A stretch of 42,436 nt of DNA from NCBI GenBank assembly GCA_964615045.1, contig CAZTOE010000004.1:1-42436 (forward strand), in the 5' to 3' direction. Origin of the DNA: an uncultured Spirochaetales bacterium. Its GTDB lineage: Bacteria; Myxococcota_A; UBA9160; PR03. Positions 16,748-25,815 of the stretch are shown here, piece after piece; positions within the stretch are counted from its first letter, which is position 1; every line of letters begins with the position of its first letter. Below the pieces are notes generated by a model, which ran no database searches, was not told the DNA's origin, and saw only the letters and a program-made list of their open reading frames with translations. A program made the translations under genes and the position numbers.

Positions 16748-17734
16748 ATGACCTTGCTACTCGGGCCCGATGACGTCGCCGCCTGCACGGCGATGGACGC
16801 GATGATCGACGCCGTGGAAGCCGGAATCCGCGAAGAGGCGGCCGGCGACGCGATTTTTCCGCCGCGCCTCAACCTTCCCACCCCGAACGGCTTTTTCCGG
16901 GTGATGCCGGCGGTGATGGGCAAGAGCGGCGTGATGGGATTCAAGGTCTTCAACGGCTCGGTCGAACACGGCGTTCGCTACGTGATCGCCATCTACGATG
17001 CGATCGAGGGCGGGTTGTTGGCGCTGCTCGACGCCGCCTATCTCACCGCGGCACGGACCGGGGCGACGACGGGGGTCGCGACCCGCTATCTCGCACGGCC
17101 CGAAAGCGAATCGATCGGGGTGATCGGATCGGGCCTCGAGGCGCGCACCAACCTCGCCGCGGTCTGTGCGGTGCGCCCGATCCGCCGGGCGCGGGTCTTC
17201 AGCCCGACGGCGGCCAATCGAGAGCGCTTCGCGCGCGAGCAGGCCTCCGCGCTCGGGATCGAGATCGAGGCCGCGCCCGATGCCGAGAGCGCCGTTCGGG
17301 CCAGCGACATCGTCGTGGTCGCCACCAACACGACGGGTCGGGGCGACCTCATTGCGTATCGAGGGGCGTGGATGGAGCCGGGCCAACACGTCAACTCGAT
17401 CGGTTCCACGGGCGGCCCGCTCCGGGAGATTGATCCCGAGACGTTCCGGCGCGCCGACCGCATCGCGATGGATTCCAAGCTGCAGGTCGAGGACGAATCC
17501 GGCGACGCCATCGCGGCCCGCGAAGCCGAAGCCTACTCCGACGAGCGCGTCGTCGAGCTGACCGACCTCGTGACCGCTCAGCGATCCGAGCGCCGCGCCG
17601 ACGAGATCACCCTCTTCAAGTCCGTTGGGACTGCGGTGCAAGACGTCATGGCGGGCTACGCCGTCTATCGAGAGGCGCTTCGCCTCGGACGCGGCACGGA
17701 GATCGGCGACTTTCTCGAACACAAGGAGTTCTGA
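16748..17734 (+). CDS. ornithine cyclodeaminase / mu-crystallin family enzyme
   Basis: 328 aa. DAAYLTAARTGATTGVATRYLA and the Rossmann motif GVIGSGLEAR are typical of the OCD/mu-crystallin family. Confidence 0.85.
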   Translation: MTLLLGPDDVAACTAMDAMIDAVEAGIREEAAGDAIFPPRLNLPTPNGFFRVMPAVMGKSGVMGFKVFNGSVEHGVRYVIAIYDAIEGGLLALLDAAYLTAARTGATTGVATRYLARPESESIGVIGSGLEARTNLAAVCAVRPIRRARVFSPTAANRERFAREQASALGIEIEAAPDAESAVRASDIVVVATNTTGRGDLIAYRGAWMEPGQHVNSIGSTGGPLREIDPETFRRADRIAMDSKLQVEDESGDAIAAREAEAYSDERVVELTDLVTAQRSERRADEITLFKSVGTAVQDVMAGYAVYREALRLGRGTEIGDFLEHKEF

Positions 17735-17764
17735 GGACGTTGGCCCCGTCCCCGGTACCGCGCA

Positions 17765-18487
17765 TCACGGGTTCGCATCGCGGCGCGCCGTGATCAGCTG
17801 CACCGAGCCCAGCATGAAGCTGCGTTTTGCGATCGCGCCGAACCCCGCCTCGTGCAGCGCTGCCCGGAGCCCGGAAAGGTCGGGGAGGTAGGCGGCCGAG
17901 GCTGGGAGATACCGATAGGCGTCCCGGTCCGCAAGCCAACCACCGAGCACTGGAACCACATGTTCGAAATAGAAGCTGTGACCGAAGCGAAAGATCGGAC
18001 GGCGTGGTCGATCGACCTCGAGGAGGGCGATGCGACCTCCCGGCTCGACGACGCGGGCCAGCTCTTGAAACACCGCTGGGAGCGCCACAAAGTTTCGAAG
18101 CGCAAAGCCGCACGTCGCACAGGTGGCCCACCCAGCGGCCAGCGGAAGTCGTTCCGCGTCCCCCCGCACCAGCCGACCGGAAAGCCCGCGGCCCGCCGCG
18201 CGCTCGAGCATCTGCGCGGCGAAGTCGACCCCCACCACCCGGGCACCCCGCTCCGACGCTGCCGCGGCGAGGTCGCCGGTCCCACAGGCCAGGTCCAGGA
18301 GTCGATCGCCGGGACCCACCCCGATCGTTTCGAGCGCGGCGCGGCGCCAGCGCTGGTCGAGCCCGAGGGTGATGAGCCGATTCATCGCGTCGTAGCGCGG
18401 GGCGATCCGGTCGAACATCCGCTGGACGACGCGCCGCTTCTCCTCCCGCCCCGGCAGGACACCGGCGCGCGGTGGGTTCAAGGCCAA
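17765..18487 (-). CDS. ubiE: UbiE/MenG-family C-methyltransferase (demethylmenaquinone / ubiquinone biosynthesis)
   Basis: 240 aa. VQRMFDRIAPRYDAMNRLITLGLDQRWRR plus the SAM motif LLDLACGTGD. The start (TTG at 18487) is uncertain. Confidence 0.8.
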   Translation of the reverse strand: MALNPPRAGVLPGREEKRRVVQRMFDRIAPRYDAMNRLITLGLDQRWRRAALETIGVGPGDRLLDLACGTGDLAAAASERGARVVGVDFAAQMLERAAGRGLSGRLVRGDAERLPLAAGWATCATCGFALRNFVALPAVFQELARVVEPGGRIALLEVDRPRRPIFRFGHSFYFEHVVPVLGGWLADRDAYRYLPASAAYLPDLSGLRAALHEAGFGAIAKRSFMLGSVQLITARRDANP

Positions 18488-18503
18488 GAACCTGGGAGGA
18501 CGG

Positions 18504-19136
18504 CTAGGAGACGCGCCGGCGCGCCGCGAACGCGGCGAGTCCCACGCCCAGCATCAGGCCCGTAGAGGGCTCGGGGACGGCCTCGGCGCCGACCAGGACA
18601 TCCCCCGCGTCCGCGCCGGTGAGATCCAGGGTAGTAAGCCCTGCGCCCATCAGGGCCTGCGCGAACTCGGGCGAGACGAGGAGATCGCCCGCGATAACGA
18701 GTGAGTTGTCCATCGGGCTCACCATCATCGGATCTATGTCGAAGAGAATGATGTCCAGATCCAGGTTGTCCATGACGACAAAGCCCCGGCTAATCCCGAA
18801 AACCGAGAAGTCCCCGACCTCGATCGCGCCCATGTTGAAGAGCACCGAGCCCATGTGCTCGATCGTACCGCTGGCGGAGGCCGCGAAATCCGAAGGATCG
18901 TAACTGAAGGTCGTCGGGGGAGTCTCGCTACGCGAGTTGATCGGAAACGCCACCGAGTCGTCCCCCAACATCCCGGGGACCAAAACGGGCCCATTGAGAC
19001 CTGAGACCGTGAGGCCCGCAGCAGCTAGCGCCTCGGGGTCCAACAGTACGCTGGTGCTTCCGCCGGTCACTTCGGAGAGGGCTTGGGCGGTGTGGGGGAG
19101 GGCGAGCACGAGCGCGAGCCACAGGAATCTTCGCAT
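18504..19136 (-). CDS. secreted PEP-CTERM-anchored protein
   Basis: Trimmed to ATG 19136. Signal peptide MRRFLWLALVLALPHTAQA. Canonical C-terminal sorting signal VPEPSTGLMLGVGLAAFAARRRVS followed directly by the stop. Confidence 0.8.
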   Translation of the reverse strand: MRRFLWLALVLALPHTAQALSEVTGGSTSVLLDPEALAAAGLTVSGLNGPVLVPGMLGDDSVAFPINSRSETPPTTFSYDPSDFAASASGTIEHMGSVLFNMGAIEVGDFSVFGISRGFVVMDNLDLDIILFDIDPMMVSPMDNSLVIAGDLLVSPEFAQALMGAGLTTLDLTGADAGDVLVGAEAVPEPSTGLMLGVGLAAFAARRRVS

Positions 19137-19210
19137 GGGGTGGAATCCTCGAGGCAGCCGGGGGGTCAACTGCATGCAACTTGGGTTCTCAAACGTGAAG
19201 ATTCTACGCC

Positions 19211-19224
19211 AATTGCCGGCAATT
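19211..19224. promoter_or_regulatory. perfect 14-bp palindrome AATTGCCGGCAATT in the divergent PEP-CTERM promoter region (candidate operator)
   Basis: Read directly. It is self-complementary over all 14 positions and lies in the comparatively AT-richer 159-nt intergenic region 19137..19295. Confidence 0.3.
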
Positions 19225-19295
19225 TGTGTGATAAAGACTACGCCTCCTCCAGAAGGCTCCCGAGTTCTCCGCTTCCCTGGGGGATCGGAGAGAGA

Positions 19296-20657
19296 ATGAG
19301 CTCTATGCGCTTCCCCTCGAAGCCCCTGACCGTTGTCGCCACGCTGGGCCTTCTCGTGACGTCGCAAGCCGGCGCCCAGACCATTTTCGCGACCAGCCTG
19401 AGCTCGATGACCAGCACCTCCTCGCTCTTCATGGTGAACCCGATCACCGGCGAGGCAACCCCGATCGGCGATACCGGCATGCGCGTCGGTGCCATCGACT
19501 TCGATCCCACAACGGGCCTCCTCTGGGGAGCGGCGCGGGGGTCGACAGCGACGACCCTGGTTGAGGTCGATCTCCAGACGGGGACCGCGAGCAACCCGGT
19601 CGTCCTCTCCGCGCCGCTCGACGTGCGCGACCTCTCCTTCCTGTCCGATGGGCGGCTCTTCGCGTCGGTCGGCGGGGCGGGGGTCGACAGCGAAGACGTC
19701 CTCGAGATCGACCCGTCGAGCGGCGTGGTCACGAGCCGCATGGTGAATTACGGCGGCGGCGGTGGTCTGGGCTCCGTAGGCCTACCGGGCAATCAGGTGC
19801 TCTTTCTCTACGAGGGAAACCGCAACGCCGATCCGGGCAGCGCCTTCCTGAGCGCGGTCGATCCCGATGACGGCGCCAAGATGCTCTTGATCGACCTCGC
19901 GGGAGACGCCGGCGTGCTGACGCTCGACCGCGACCCGACGGCGAACGTCGCCTTCGGTTTCTTCACGTGCGGGCTCGGGTGCAACGGAGAACTGGCCTCG
20001 ATCAGCCTGGTAAATGGTCAAACCCAGCTCATTGGAACGCCCGACTTCGGCCCCAACTTCTCGACCGCGACGGGGATCGCGATTGTCCCCGAGCCAGGCG
20101 CGTCGTTGCAAGTCGGAGCCCTGTTGCTGGGCGTCCTCGGCTGGCGGCAGCGGTCTCGAACGGCGCGCTCGATCCGCTCCACCACCGGGACGCCGCTAGC
20201 GCGCAGGGACGGCCAGCACCGGACACATCGCACGACGCACGACTTGTTGCGTCACGCTTCCCCGGAGCGCGTCGAGAAAACCCTGGCGGCCCTCGGTGGT
20301 CATTGCGATGAGGTCGACCCCCTCGCCCTCCTCGAGAATGGCGTCGAGCACCTTGCCCTCTCGGTGCACTTCCCGCCAGGTGCATGCGCCCTCGTTCGGC
20401 GGTTCGGGAAACGCGAAACCTGCTCCGTTGACGTGCAGCAGGTTGACCTCCACGGGCCCATCCCCCATGAGCGTCGCCGCGCGCTCGGCGCGGATCAGGG
20501 TTTCGCGCGGGTCCGGCCGCTCGTCGACCGGGATCAAGATCCGGTGCAACGTCAGATGCCCGTCCTCTACAGCGACGATGCCCCGGCCTTCGGCGGGTAC
20601 AAAGAGCGTCATCGCGTCCGAGCGTTCCGCGAGGGTCTCGGCCAACGAGGGCCGTAG
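19296..20657 (+). CDS. secreted PEP-CTERM-anchored protein (beta-propeller-like repeats?); the ORF lacks a stop after the sorting signal and reads 165 codons further
   Basis: ATG 19296 with SD GGAGAGAG. Signal peptide MSSMRFPSKPLTVVATLGLLVTSQAGA. PEP-CTERM signal VPEPGASLQVGALLLGVLGWRQRSR ends near 20159. The continuation to 20657 is antisense to the USP gene and has no family character. Confidence 0.6.
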   Translation: MSSMRFPSKPLTVVATLGLLVTSQAGAQTIFATSLSSMTSTSSLFMVNPITGEATPIGDTGMRVGAIDFDPTTGLLWGAARGSTATTLVEVDLQTGTASNPVVLSAPLDVRDLSFLSDGRLFASVGGAGVDSEDVLEIDPSSGVVTSRMVNYGGGGGLGSVGLPGNQVLFLYEGNRNADPGSAFLSAVDPDDGAKMLLIDLAGDAGVLTLDRDPTANVAFGFFTCGLGCNGELASISLVNGQTQLIGTPDFGPNFSTATGIAIVPEPGASLQVGALLLGVLGWRQRSRTARSIRSTTGTPLARRDGQHRTHRTTHDLLRHASPERVEKTLAALGGHCDEVDPLALLENGVEHLALSVHFPPGACALVRRFGKRETCSVDVQQVDLHGPIPHERRRALGADQGFARVRPLVDRDQDPVQRQMPVLYSDDAPAFGGYKERHRVRAFREGLGQRGP

Positions 20658-21071
20658 CCAGCGCGCGACGCCTTCGCGCCCCTCGGTCGCCAGCACGATC
20701 AGATCGGGCCGCGCTTCGCGGACGTACTGGAGGCACGCGCGCAGCGGTTGCCCGTGAGCCATGATCTTCGCGACGCGCACCCGGAGCCGCTCGAACACCG
20801 CGGAGCGGGGACTGCCGGACTCCAACAAGCCCCATCGCTCGAGGGTCTGCCGGACCCCGGGAAAACCCTCCCAGTCCTGCTCGTCGGAGCGGCCCCCGTG
20901 CAGCACGGCGAAGTCGGCCTGGCGTAGCAGCGCAATCGCCAGCGCGTGGGCAAAGGCGCGCTCGCTCGCCGGCGAGAAGTCGGAGGGGTGGAAAACGGAG
21001 CCGATGAAAGGAACTTCCGAAGCATCTGCTTGTGTCACGGCTGCCAGCCCTTCTCGACTCTCCTGGATCAT
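20196..21071 (-). CDS. universal stress protein, tandem USP domains
   Basis: 291 aa with two USP-like halves (..DLIVLATEGREGVARWLRPSLAETL.. and ..DLIAMTTEGRQGFLDALRGSVTQQVVRRAMCPVLAVP). Confidence 0.8.
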   Translation of the reverse strand: MIQESREGLAAVTQADASEVPFIGSVFHPSDFSPASERAFAHALAIALLRQADFAVLHGGRSDEQDWEGFPGVRQTLERWGLLESGSPRSAVFERLRVRVAKIMAHGQPLRACLQYVREARPDLIVLATEGREGVARWLRPSLAETLAERSDAMTLFVPAEGRGIVAVEDGHLTLHRILIPVDERPDPRETLIRAERAATLMGDGPVEVNLLHVNGAGFAFPEPPNEGACTWREVHREGKVLDAILEEGEGVDLIAMTTEGRQGFLDALRGSVTQQVVRRAMCPVLAVPAR

Positions 21072-21114
21072 CCTAAGCTAAGCACACGATCAAGGCCGAA
21101 AAAGTTCGCGGGAA

Positions 21115-22689
21115 GTGGATGGCGACGGAATTGAAACTCACGCTTCTGAACTTCGTGCCGCAGTACGAGGTGGAGCCCGACGCCTGCCCGTAGCGTCGAG
21201 CCTTGCCACTTCCTCGCGGCGAGCCGCCGTCGCCAGCGGACACCCGCTCGTGACGCGCGCCGCCCTGGGCGTGCTGGCGGAAGGCGGCAACGCCTTCGAC
21301 GCCGCGCTGGCCGCCGGCTTCGCGGCGGCGTGGGCCGAGCCCATGTTTACCAGCCTGGGCGGCGGCGGCTTTCTGCTGGCGCGCAGCGCAGACGGCCGCG
21401 AGGTGCTGTTCGATTTTTTCGTCGACACGCCGGGCCGGGGTCTCGGAGGCGCGGAGGCTCTCGAGCCCCACTTCGTCCCGATCACCGTGCAGTTCCCGGC
21501 GTCGGATCAGGTCTTCAACATCGGCCGCGGTTCGGTGGCCGTGCCCGGCACGCTCGCGGGGTTCCTCCATGCGCACAGGCGGCTCGGACGCCTGCCGATC
21601 GCCCGGGTGACCGCGCCGGCCGTTGCCCTCGCGCGCGATGGCATCGAGTTGAATGATCACCAGGCCTACGTGATCGGTCTGCTGCACCCGATCAACACAC
21701 TGTCTGAGGCGGGCCGGGCACTCTACACGCCGGAGGGTCGCAACCCCGAGCCCGGCGAGCGTCTCGCGAACCCCGAGCTGGCCAGCTTCATTGACGCATT
21801 GCCCGGAGCCGCCGAAGATTTCTACGGCGGCGCCCTCGCGCGCCGCGTCGAAGCCGACATGCGCGCCGGCCAGGGTCTGCTGACCGCCGAGGACCTGGCC
21901 GGCTACCGGGTGATCGAGCGCGAGCCGCTGCGCTTCGACTATCGCGGCCACCGACTGCTTACGAACCCGCCGCCCTCGTTCGGTGGCGGGCTCATCGCGC
22001 TCTCGCTGGCACTCTCTGCTGCGCAAGGCATCCGCTCCGTCTGGGGGTCGCCAGAGCAGGTGTGTGAGGTCGCGGCCTCGATGGTCGAAGTCGATCGCCT
22101 GCGCGAGCAGGCCGTGCTCACCCCGGACGCGCTGCACCGCGCCCGCGCCAGCGGCGGCACCACGCACATCAGCGTCGCCGACGCCGAGGGTAACGCCGCC
22201 AGCATGACGCTTTCGAACGGAGAGGGCTCGGGCACGCTCGTCCCGGGTACCGGCATCATGCTGAACAACATGCTGGGAGAAGACGACCTGCACCCGGAAG
22301 GCTTTCACGCCGACCCGCCGGGGCAGCGTGTGGCGTCGATGATGTCCCCATCCATTGTGCTCCGCGACGGCGCCGTTCGCCTCATCCTCGGCAGCGGCGG
22401 TAGCAAACGGATTCGCACTGCCCTGGTCCAGGTGATCCGCGCCGTCATTGACTTCGACCAGTCGATCCGCGACGCCGTCGAGGCCCCGCGCCTGCACTGG
22501 GACGGCGAGCACCTCCAGCTGGAGCCCGGCCTGGGGCGCGACGCTATGGCCGCCTTGCGCGAACATTGGCCGGTCAACGCGTGGGACGCGCGCAACCTGT
22601 ACTTCGGTGGCGTCCACGCCGTCGACGCATCCACCGGCGAGGCCGCCGGCGACCCCCGCCGCGGCGGCCATGCCGCGACGCTCGGGTAA
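21115..22689 (+). CDS. ggt: gamma-glutamyltransferase-family protein (no signal peptide seen)
   Basis: 524 aa, GTG start. ASGHPLVTRAALGVLAEGGNAFDAALA, the autoprocessing/catalytic Thr context GGTTHISVAD, and SMMSPSIV. Confidence 0.85.
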   Translation: MDGDGIETHASELRAAVRGGARRLPVASSLATSSRRAAVASGHPLVTRAALGVLAEGGNAFDAALAAGFAAAWAEPMFTSLGGGGFLLARSADGREVLFDFFVDTPGRGLGGAEALEPHFVPITVQFPASDQVFNIGRGSVAVPGTLAGFLHAHRRLGRLPIARVTAPAVALARDGIELNDHQAYVIGLLHPINTLSEAGRALYTPEGRNPEPGERLANPELASFIDALPGAAEDFYGGALARRVEADMRAGQGLLTAEDLAGYRVIEREPLRFDYRGHRLLTNPPPSFGGGLIALSLALSAAQGIRSVWGSPEQVCEVAASMVEVDRLREQAVLTPDALHRARASGGTTHISVADAEGNAASMTLSNGEGSGTLVPGTGIMLNNMLGEDDLHPEGFHADPPGQRVASMMSPSIVLRDGAVRLILGSGGSKRIRTALVQVIRAVIDFDQSIRDAVEAPRLHWDGEHLQLEPGLGRDAMAALREHWPVNAWDARNLYFGGVHAVDASTGEAAGDPRRGGHAATLG

Positions 22690-22716
22690 ACCGGCGATCA
22701 GCGCTCCTCGGGGGCG

Positions 22717-23057
22717 GTGTCCATCGTCTCGGCAGCGATCCTGCTGATCGCCATGGTGATCCAGCGTGCCAGCGGGCTGATCGCGCCGATCCTGCTCGCC
22801 CTCGTCGTGACAATCGCGGTCTCGCCGCTCGTCGCCCGGTGGGAGCGGCGCGGTTTGAGCCAGAACCTCGCCATCGCCGCGATCTTTGTGCTCACCGCGC
22901 TCGTCATCGCCCTGTGTGCGCTCGCGGTGGTGGACTCGGTCGGCGAGATCACCCACAAACTGGGCGACTACAGGCAGCTGCTCGAACGAATTGGCTGCTC
23001 GGGGCGACTGGTGTGTTGCTCGCCATCCCCCTGTCCCCCCTGGTGAAGCGCTTCTAG
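22717..23057 (+). pseudogene. remnant of an AI-2E (PerM/YhhT, UPF0118) family transporter gene with a large internal deletion and frame changes
   Basis: Frame 1 gives about 95 aa of an AI-2E-like N-terminus (APILLALVVTIAVSPLVARWERRGLSQNLAIAAIFVLTALV..DYRQLLERI). From about 22990, a second frame reads WLLGATGVLLAIPLSPLVKRF-stop, which is a typical AI-2E C-terminus. A third frame continues EDSERTEWIAPMMG-stop (23101). The roughly 230-codon middle is missing. Confidence 0.5.
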
Positions 23058-23110
23058 AGGACTCGGAGCGAACCGAGTGGATCGCGCCGATGATGGGGTA
23101 GTAGTCCCCG

Positions 23111-25348
23111 TCAGGCGTTGAGCTGATCGCCGATCGGAAGGCGTCGAATTCGTTTACCGGTCGCGGCGAAAATCGCATTGGTCAATGCCGGTGCCGCCGT
23201 CGGCATGCCCATCTCTCCGGCACCCGACGGTCGAAACTCCGTCGGGAGGATGTGAACCTCGACATCACGCGGGGCCTGGGCCATCTGCAGGAGCGGGTAG
23301 GTGGGAAAGTTGGTCTGTTGGATGCGACCGTCCGCCACGGTGATTTCGAGCTTCATCGCCGCCGAGATCCCATCGATCGTCGCGCCCTGCATCTGCGCCT
23401 CGACGCCCAACGGGTTCACCACTCTCCCGATATCGGTCACGCAAAGGCAGCGGTGGATGACCGCCCGGCCGTTCTCGACCGACACCTCCATCGCGTGCGC
23501 CGTATAACCGCCGAAGACAAAGTGCGCGGCGAGACCCACGCCGTGGCCGCGCGGGACCGGCTGGCCCCAGCCGATCTCCTGGGCGGCGCGCTTCAGCACG
23601 TTGGCGAGCCGGCCGGTGTGTAGCGTGGGACCGCCGTGACCGACATAGGGAAGCTCGCGCGGTTCCCCGAGCAGCTCGAGGCGCAGGGCCAACGGATCCT
23701 TCCCGGTGGCGCGGGCCACTTCGTCGACGAAACTCTGGGCGGCAAACGCGGCGTAGGTAGGCAACGGTCCGCGCCACCAACCACGCGCCAGCCCAAACTC
23801 GAGTGGCAGGAACTCCGCCATGTAGTGCTCGACGCAGCTGGCCGGAAAGCCATCGGGGTCGAGGCAGGTGATCCATTCCGGCGCCCCCGTGAGCGCCGGG
23901 GTGCGGTAGCGGCGCGGCGTCCCGGCGACCCGCTGACACCATCCGGTGACGGTGCCGGTCGCATCCAGGGTCGCGGCCATCGCCTGGACGCCGAAGGGCC
24001 GGTACCAGTCGTGCTGGAGGTCGTCCTCGCGGGTCCACATCAGCCGGATCGGTCGCTTGACCGCCTGGGCAATCAACACCGCCTCGGCCACGAAATCGTT
24101 CTCGAGCCGGCGTCCGAAACCACCCCCCGAGCGCGGGAGCTCGATCTGGATGTTCAGCCGATCGATCCCGGTCATCGCGTGGATCATCCGGGACGCGCCG
24201 TCCGGCGCTTGCAGCGGGGCGATCAAGCGCGCGCTGTTCTCACGGAGATCGATCAGCGCATTCTGCGGCTCGAGCGTGGCGTGAGACAGAAACGGCACCA
24301 CGTAGGTCGCCTCGACCAGCTTGGACGCGCGAGCTTTCTCGCCTCGGAAGTCACCGTCTTGACGGGCGATCCTCCCCTCTCCTTCCAGAGCGACCAGCGC
24401 TCGCCGTTCGAGATCGGCCGTCGAGTCGCCGGCCCAGGGTCCGCGTTCCCAGGTGACCTCCAGCGCGTCGCGACCCCGGATGGCCGCCCAGGTGTCATCG
24501 GCCACGATGGCCACTCCCGCGGCGAGCGCCCCGGTCAGATCCTCGCCCGCTCGCGGCCCGGGAAGCGGCACGACCTCACGGACGCCCGGGATCCGCCGCG
24601 CCGCGGTCGCGTCATAGCCTCCGAGGGTGCCGTCGAAAAACGGGCAACGAGCTACCACGGCGACCAGCGCGCCCGGCAGTTCCGCGTCGATGCCGTACCG
24701 CGTTTGGCCCGTCACGATCTCCTGGGCGTCTACCACCCGGGTGGGCGTTCCGATCACGCTGAACTGGCTCGGGTCTTTCAGCGGCGGGTCGACGTCGGGC
24801 ACGGGCAGCCGGGCGGCGTCAGGCGCGAGCTCGGCGTAACGCAACGTGCGACCCCGGGCATCGCGCACCGTGGCACTATGGGTCGTCAGCGAATCGGCCG
24901 CTACGCCCCAGCGCTCGGCCGCCGCTTCGATCAACATCCGCCGGACCCGGGCGCCAACCTGGCGAAGCTCCTCCCAGCCCGCCGCGATGTTGGTGCTGCC
25001 GCCCGCGCGCTGGGGTCCGTACTTGGCGGCGACCCCTGAGGGCCTATCGGCGCGGATCAGACCGTACGGCAGCTGTTCGACCTCGACCCTGGACCACGGG
25101 ACATCGAGCTCCTCGGCAATCAACATCGGCAATGAAGTCTTGACGCCCTGTCCGATCTCCGTCGCTCGGGCACCGATCACGATCTGCCCGTCGGGCTCGA
25201 TCCGGACAAACACCCCGAGCTCGGCCGGCGCCGCACGATCGATCGCTGCGAGGGCGGACCGCCCGGACAGCGTCACACTCGCCAGCAGTCCCCCGAGCGC
25301 TGTCGTCGAGATCTCGAGAAAGTCGCGCCGCGAAAGTGCGACGCTCAC
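23111..25348 (-). CDS. molybdopterin-binding large subunit of an IorB/aldehyde-oxidase-type (xanthine dehydrogenase family) oxidoreductase, Tat-exported
   Basis: The track ORF 23111..25906 was trimmed to GTG 25348, which overlaps the small-subunit stop (GTGA). Tat motif SRRDFLE. Family blocks [27 protein letters not shown], and [31 protein letters not shown]. Confidence 0.9.
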   Translation of the reverse strand: MSVALSRRDFLEISTTALGGLLASVTLSGRSALAAIDRAAPAELGVFVRIEPDGQIVIGARATEIGQGVKTSLPMLIAEELDVPWSRVEVEQLPYGLIRADRPSGVAAKYGPQRAGGSTNIAAGWEELRQVGARVRRMLIEAAAERWGVAADSLTTHSATVRDARGRTLRYAELAPDAARLPVPDVDPPLKDPSQFSVIGTPTRVVDAQEIVTGQTRYGIDAELPGALVAVVARCPFFDGTLGGYDATAARRIPGVREVVPLPGPRAGEDLTGALAAGVAIVADDTWAAIRGRDALEVTWERGPWAGDSTADLERRALVALEGEGRIARQDGDFRGEKARASKLVEATYVVPFLSHATLEPQNALIDLRENSARLIAPLQAPDGASRMIHAMTGIDRLNIQIELPRSGGGFGRRLENDFVAEAVLIAQAVKRPIRLMWTREDDLQHDWYRPFGVQAMAATLDATGTVTGWCQRVAGTPRRYRTPALTGAPEWITCLDPDGFPASCVEHYMAEFLPLEFGLARGWWRGPLPTYAAFAAQSFVDEVARATGKDPLALRLELLGEPRELPYVGHGGPTLHTGRLANVLKRAAQEIGWGQPVPRGHGVGLAAHFVFGGYTAHAMEVSVENGRAVIHRCLCVTDIGRVVNPLGVEAQMQGATIDGISAAMKLEITVADGRIQQTNFPTYPLLQMAQAPRDVEVHILPTEFRPSGAGEMGMPTAAPALTNAIFAATGKRIRRLPIGDQLNA

Positions 25349-25815
25349 GACGCTCGCTCCGTCTTGAGCAGTGCGGCCGCGCGCTTGATCGCTTTGCGGA
25401 TCCGGACGTAGGTGCCGCAACGACAGAGGTTGGTGATCGTGTCGATGTCCTGATCCGAGGGATCGGGGACGCGCTGCAGCAAATCGACAGCGGCCATGAT
25501 CTGGCCGGCCTGACAATAACCGCATTGCGGCACGTCCTCCTCGATCCACGCGCGCTGGACCGGGTGGAGTTTGCCGTCCACGGCCAGGGCCTCGATCGTG
25601 CGCACCCGCTTGCCTGTGACCGAACGCAGTGGGATCTGACACGAGCGGATCGCGCGTCCGTCGATGTGCACGGTGCACGACCCACAGGCGGCGATCCCGC
25701 AACCGTATTTGGTGCCGCGCAGGCCGGCATAGTCGCGCAGGTACCAGAGGAGCGGCATGTCTTCCGCACCGCCAAACTCGACTGGCGCACCGTTCAATAC
25801 AAAGCGAATCGTCAT
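25345..25815 (-). CDS. [2Fe-2S]-binding small subunit (IorA/CoxS-like) of the same oxidoreductase
   Basis: Trimmed to ATG 25815. 156 aa with both cluster motifs: [12 protein letters not shown] and [16 protein letters not shown]. Confidence 0.9.
   Translation of the reverse strand: MTIRFVLNGAPVEFGGAEDMPLLWYLRDYAGLRGTKYGCGIAACGSCTVHIDGRAIRSCQIPLRSVTGKRVRTIEALAVDGKLHPVQRAWIEEDVPQCGYCQAGQIMAAVDLLQRVPDPSDQDIDTITNLCRCGTYVRIRKAIKRAAALLKTERAS

Noticed and set aside
19194-19212. Possible sigma-54 -24/-12 element (TGGCGT-N5-CTTCA on the minus strand) in the PEP-CTERM intergenic region
   Set aside because: The -24 GG is present, but the -12 GC dinucleotide is not at the required spacing (CTTC instead of TTGC). 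This is too weak to call by eye.
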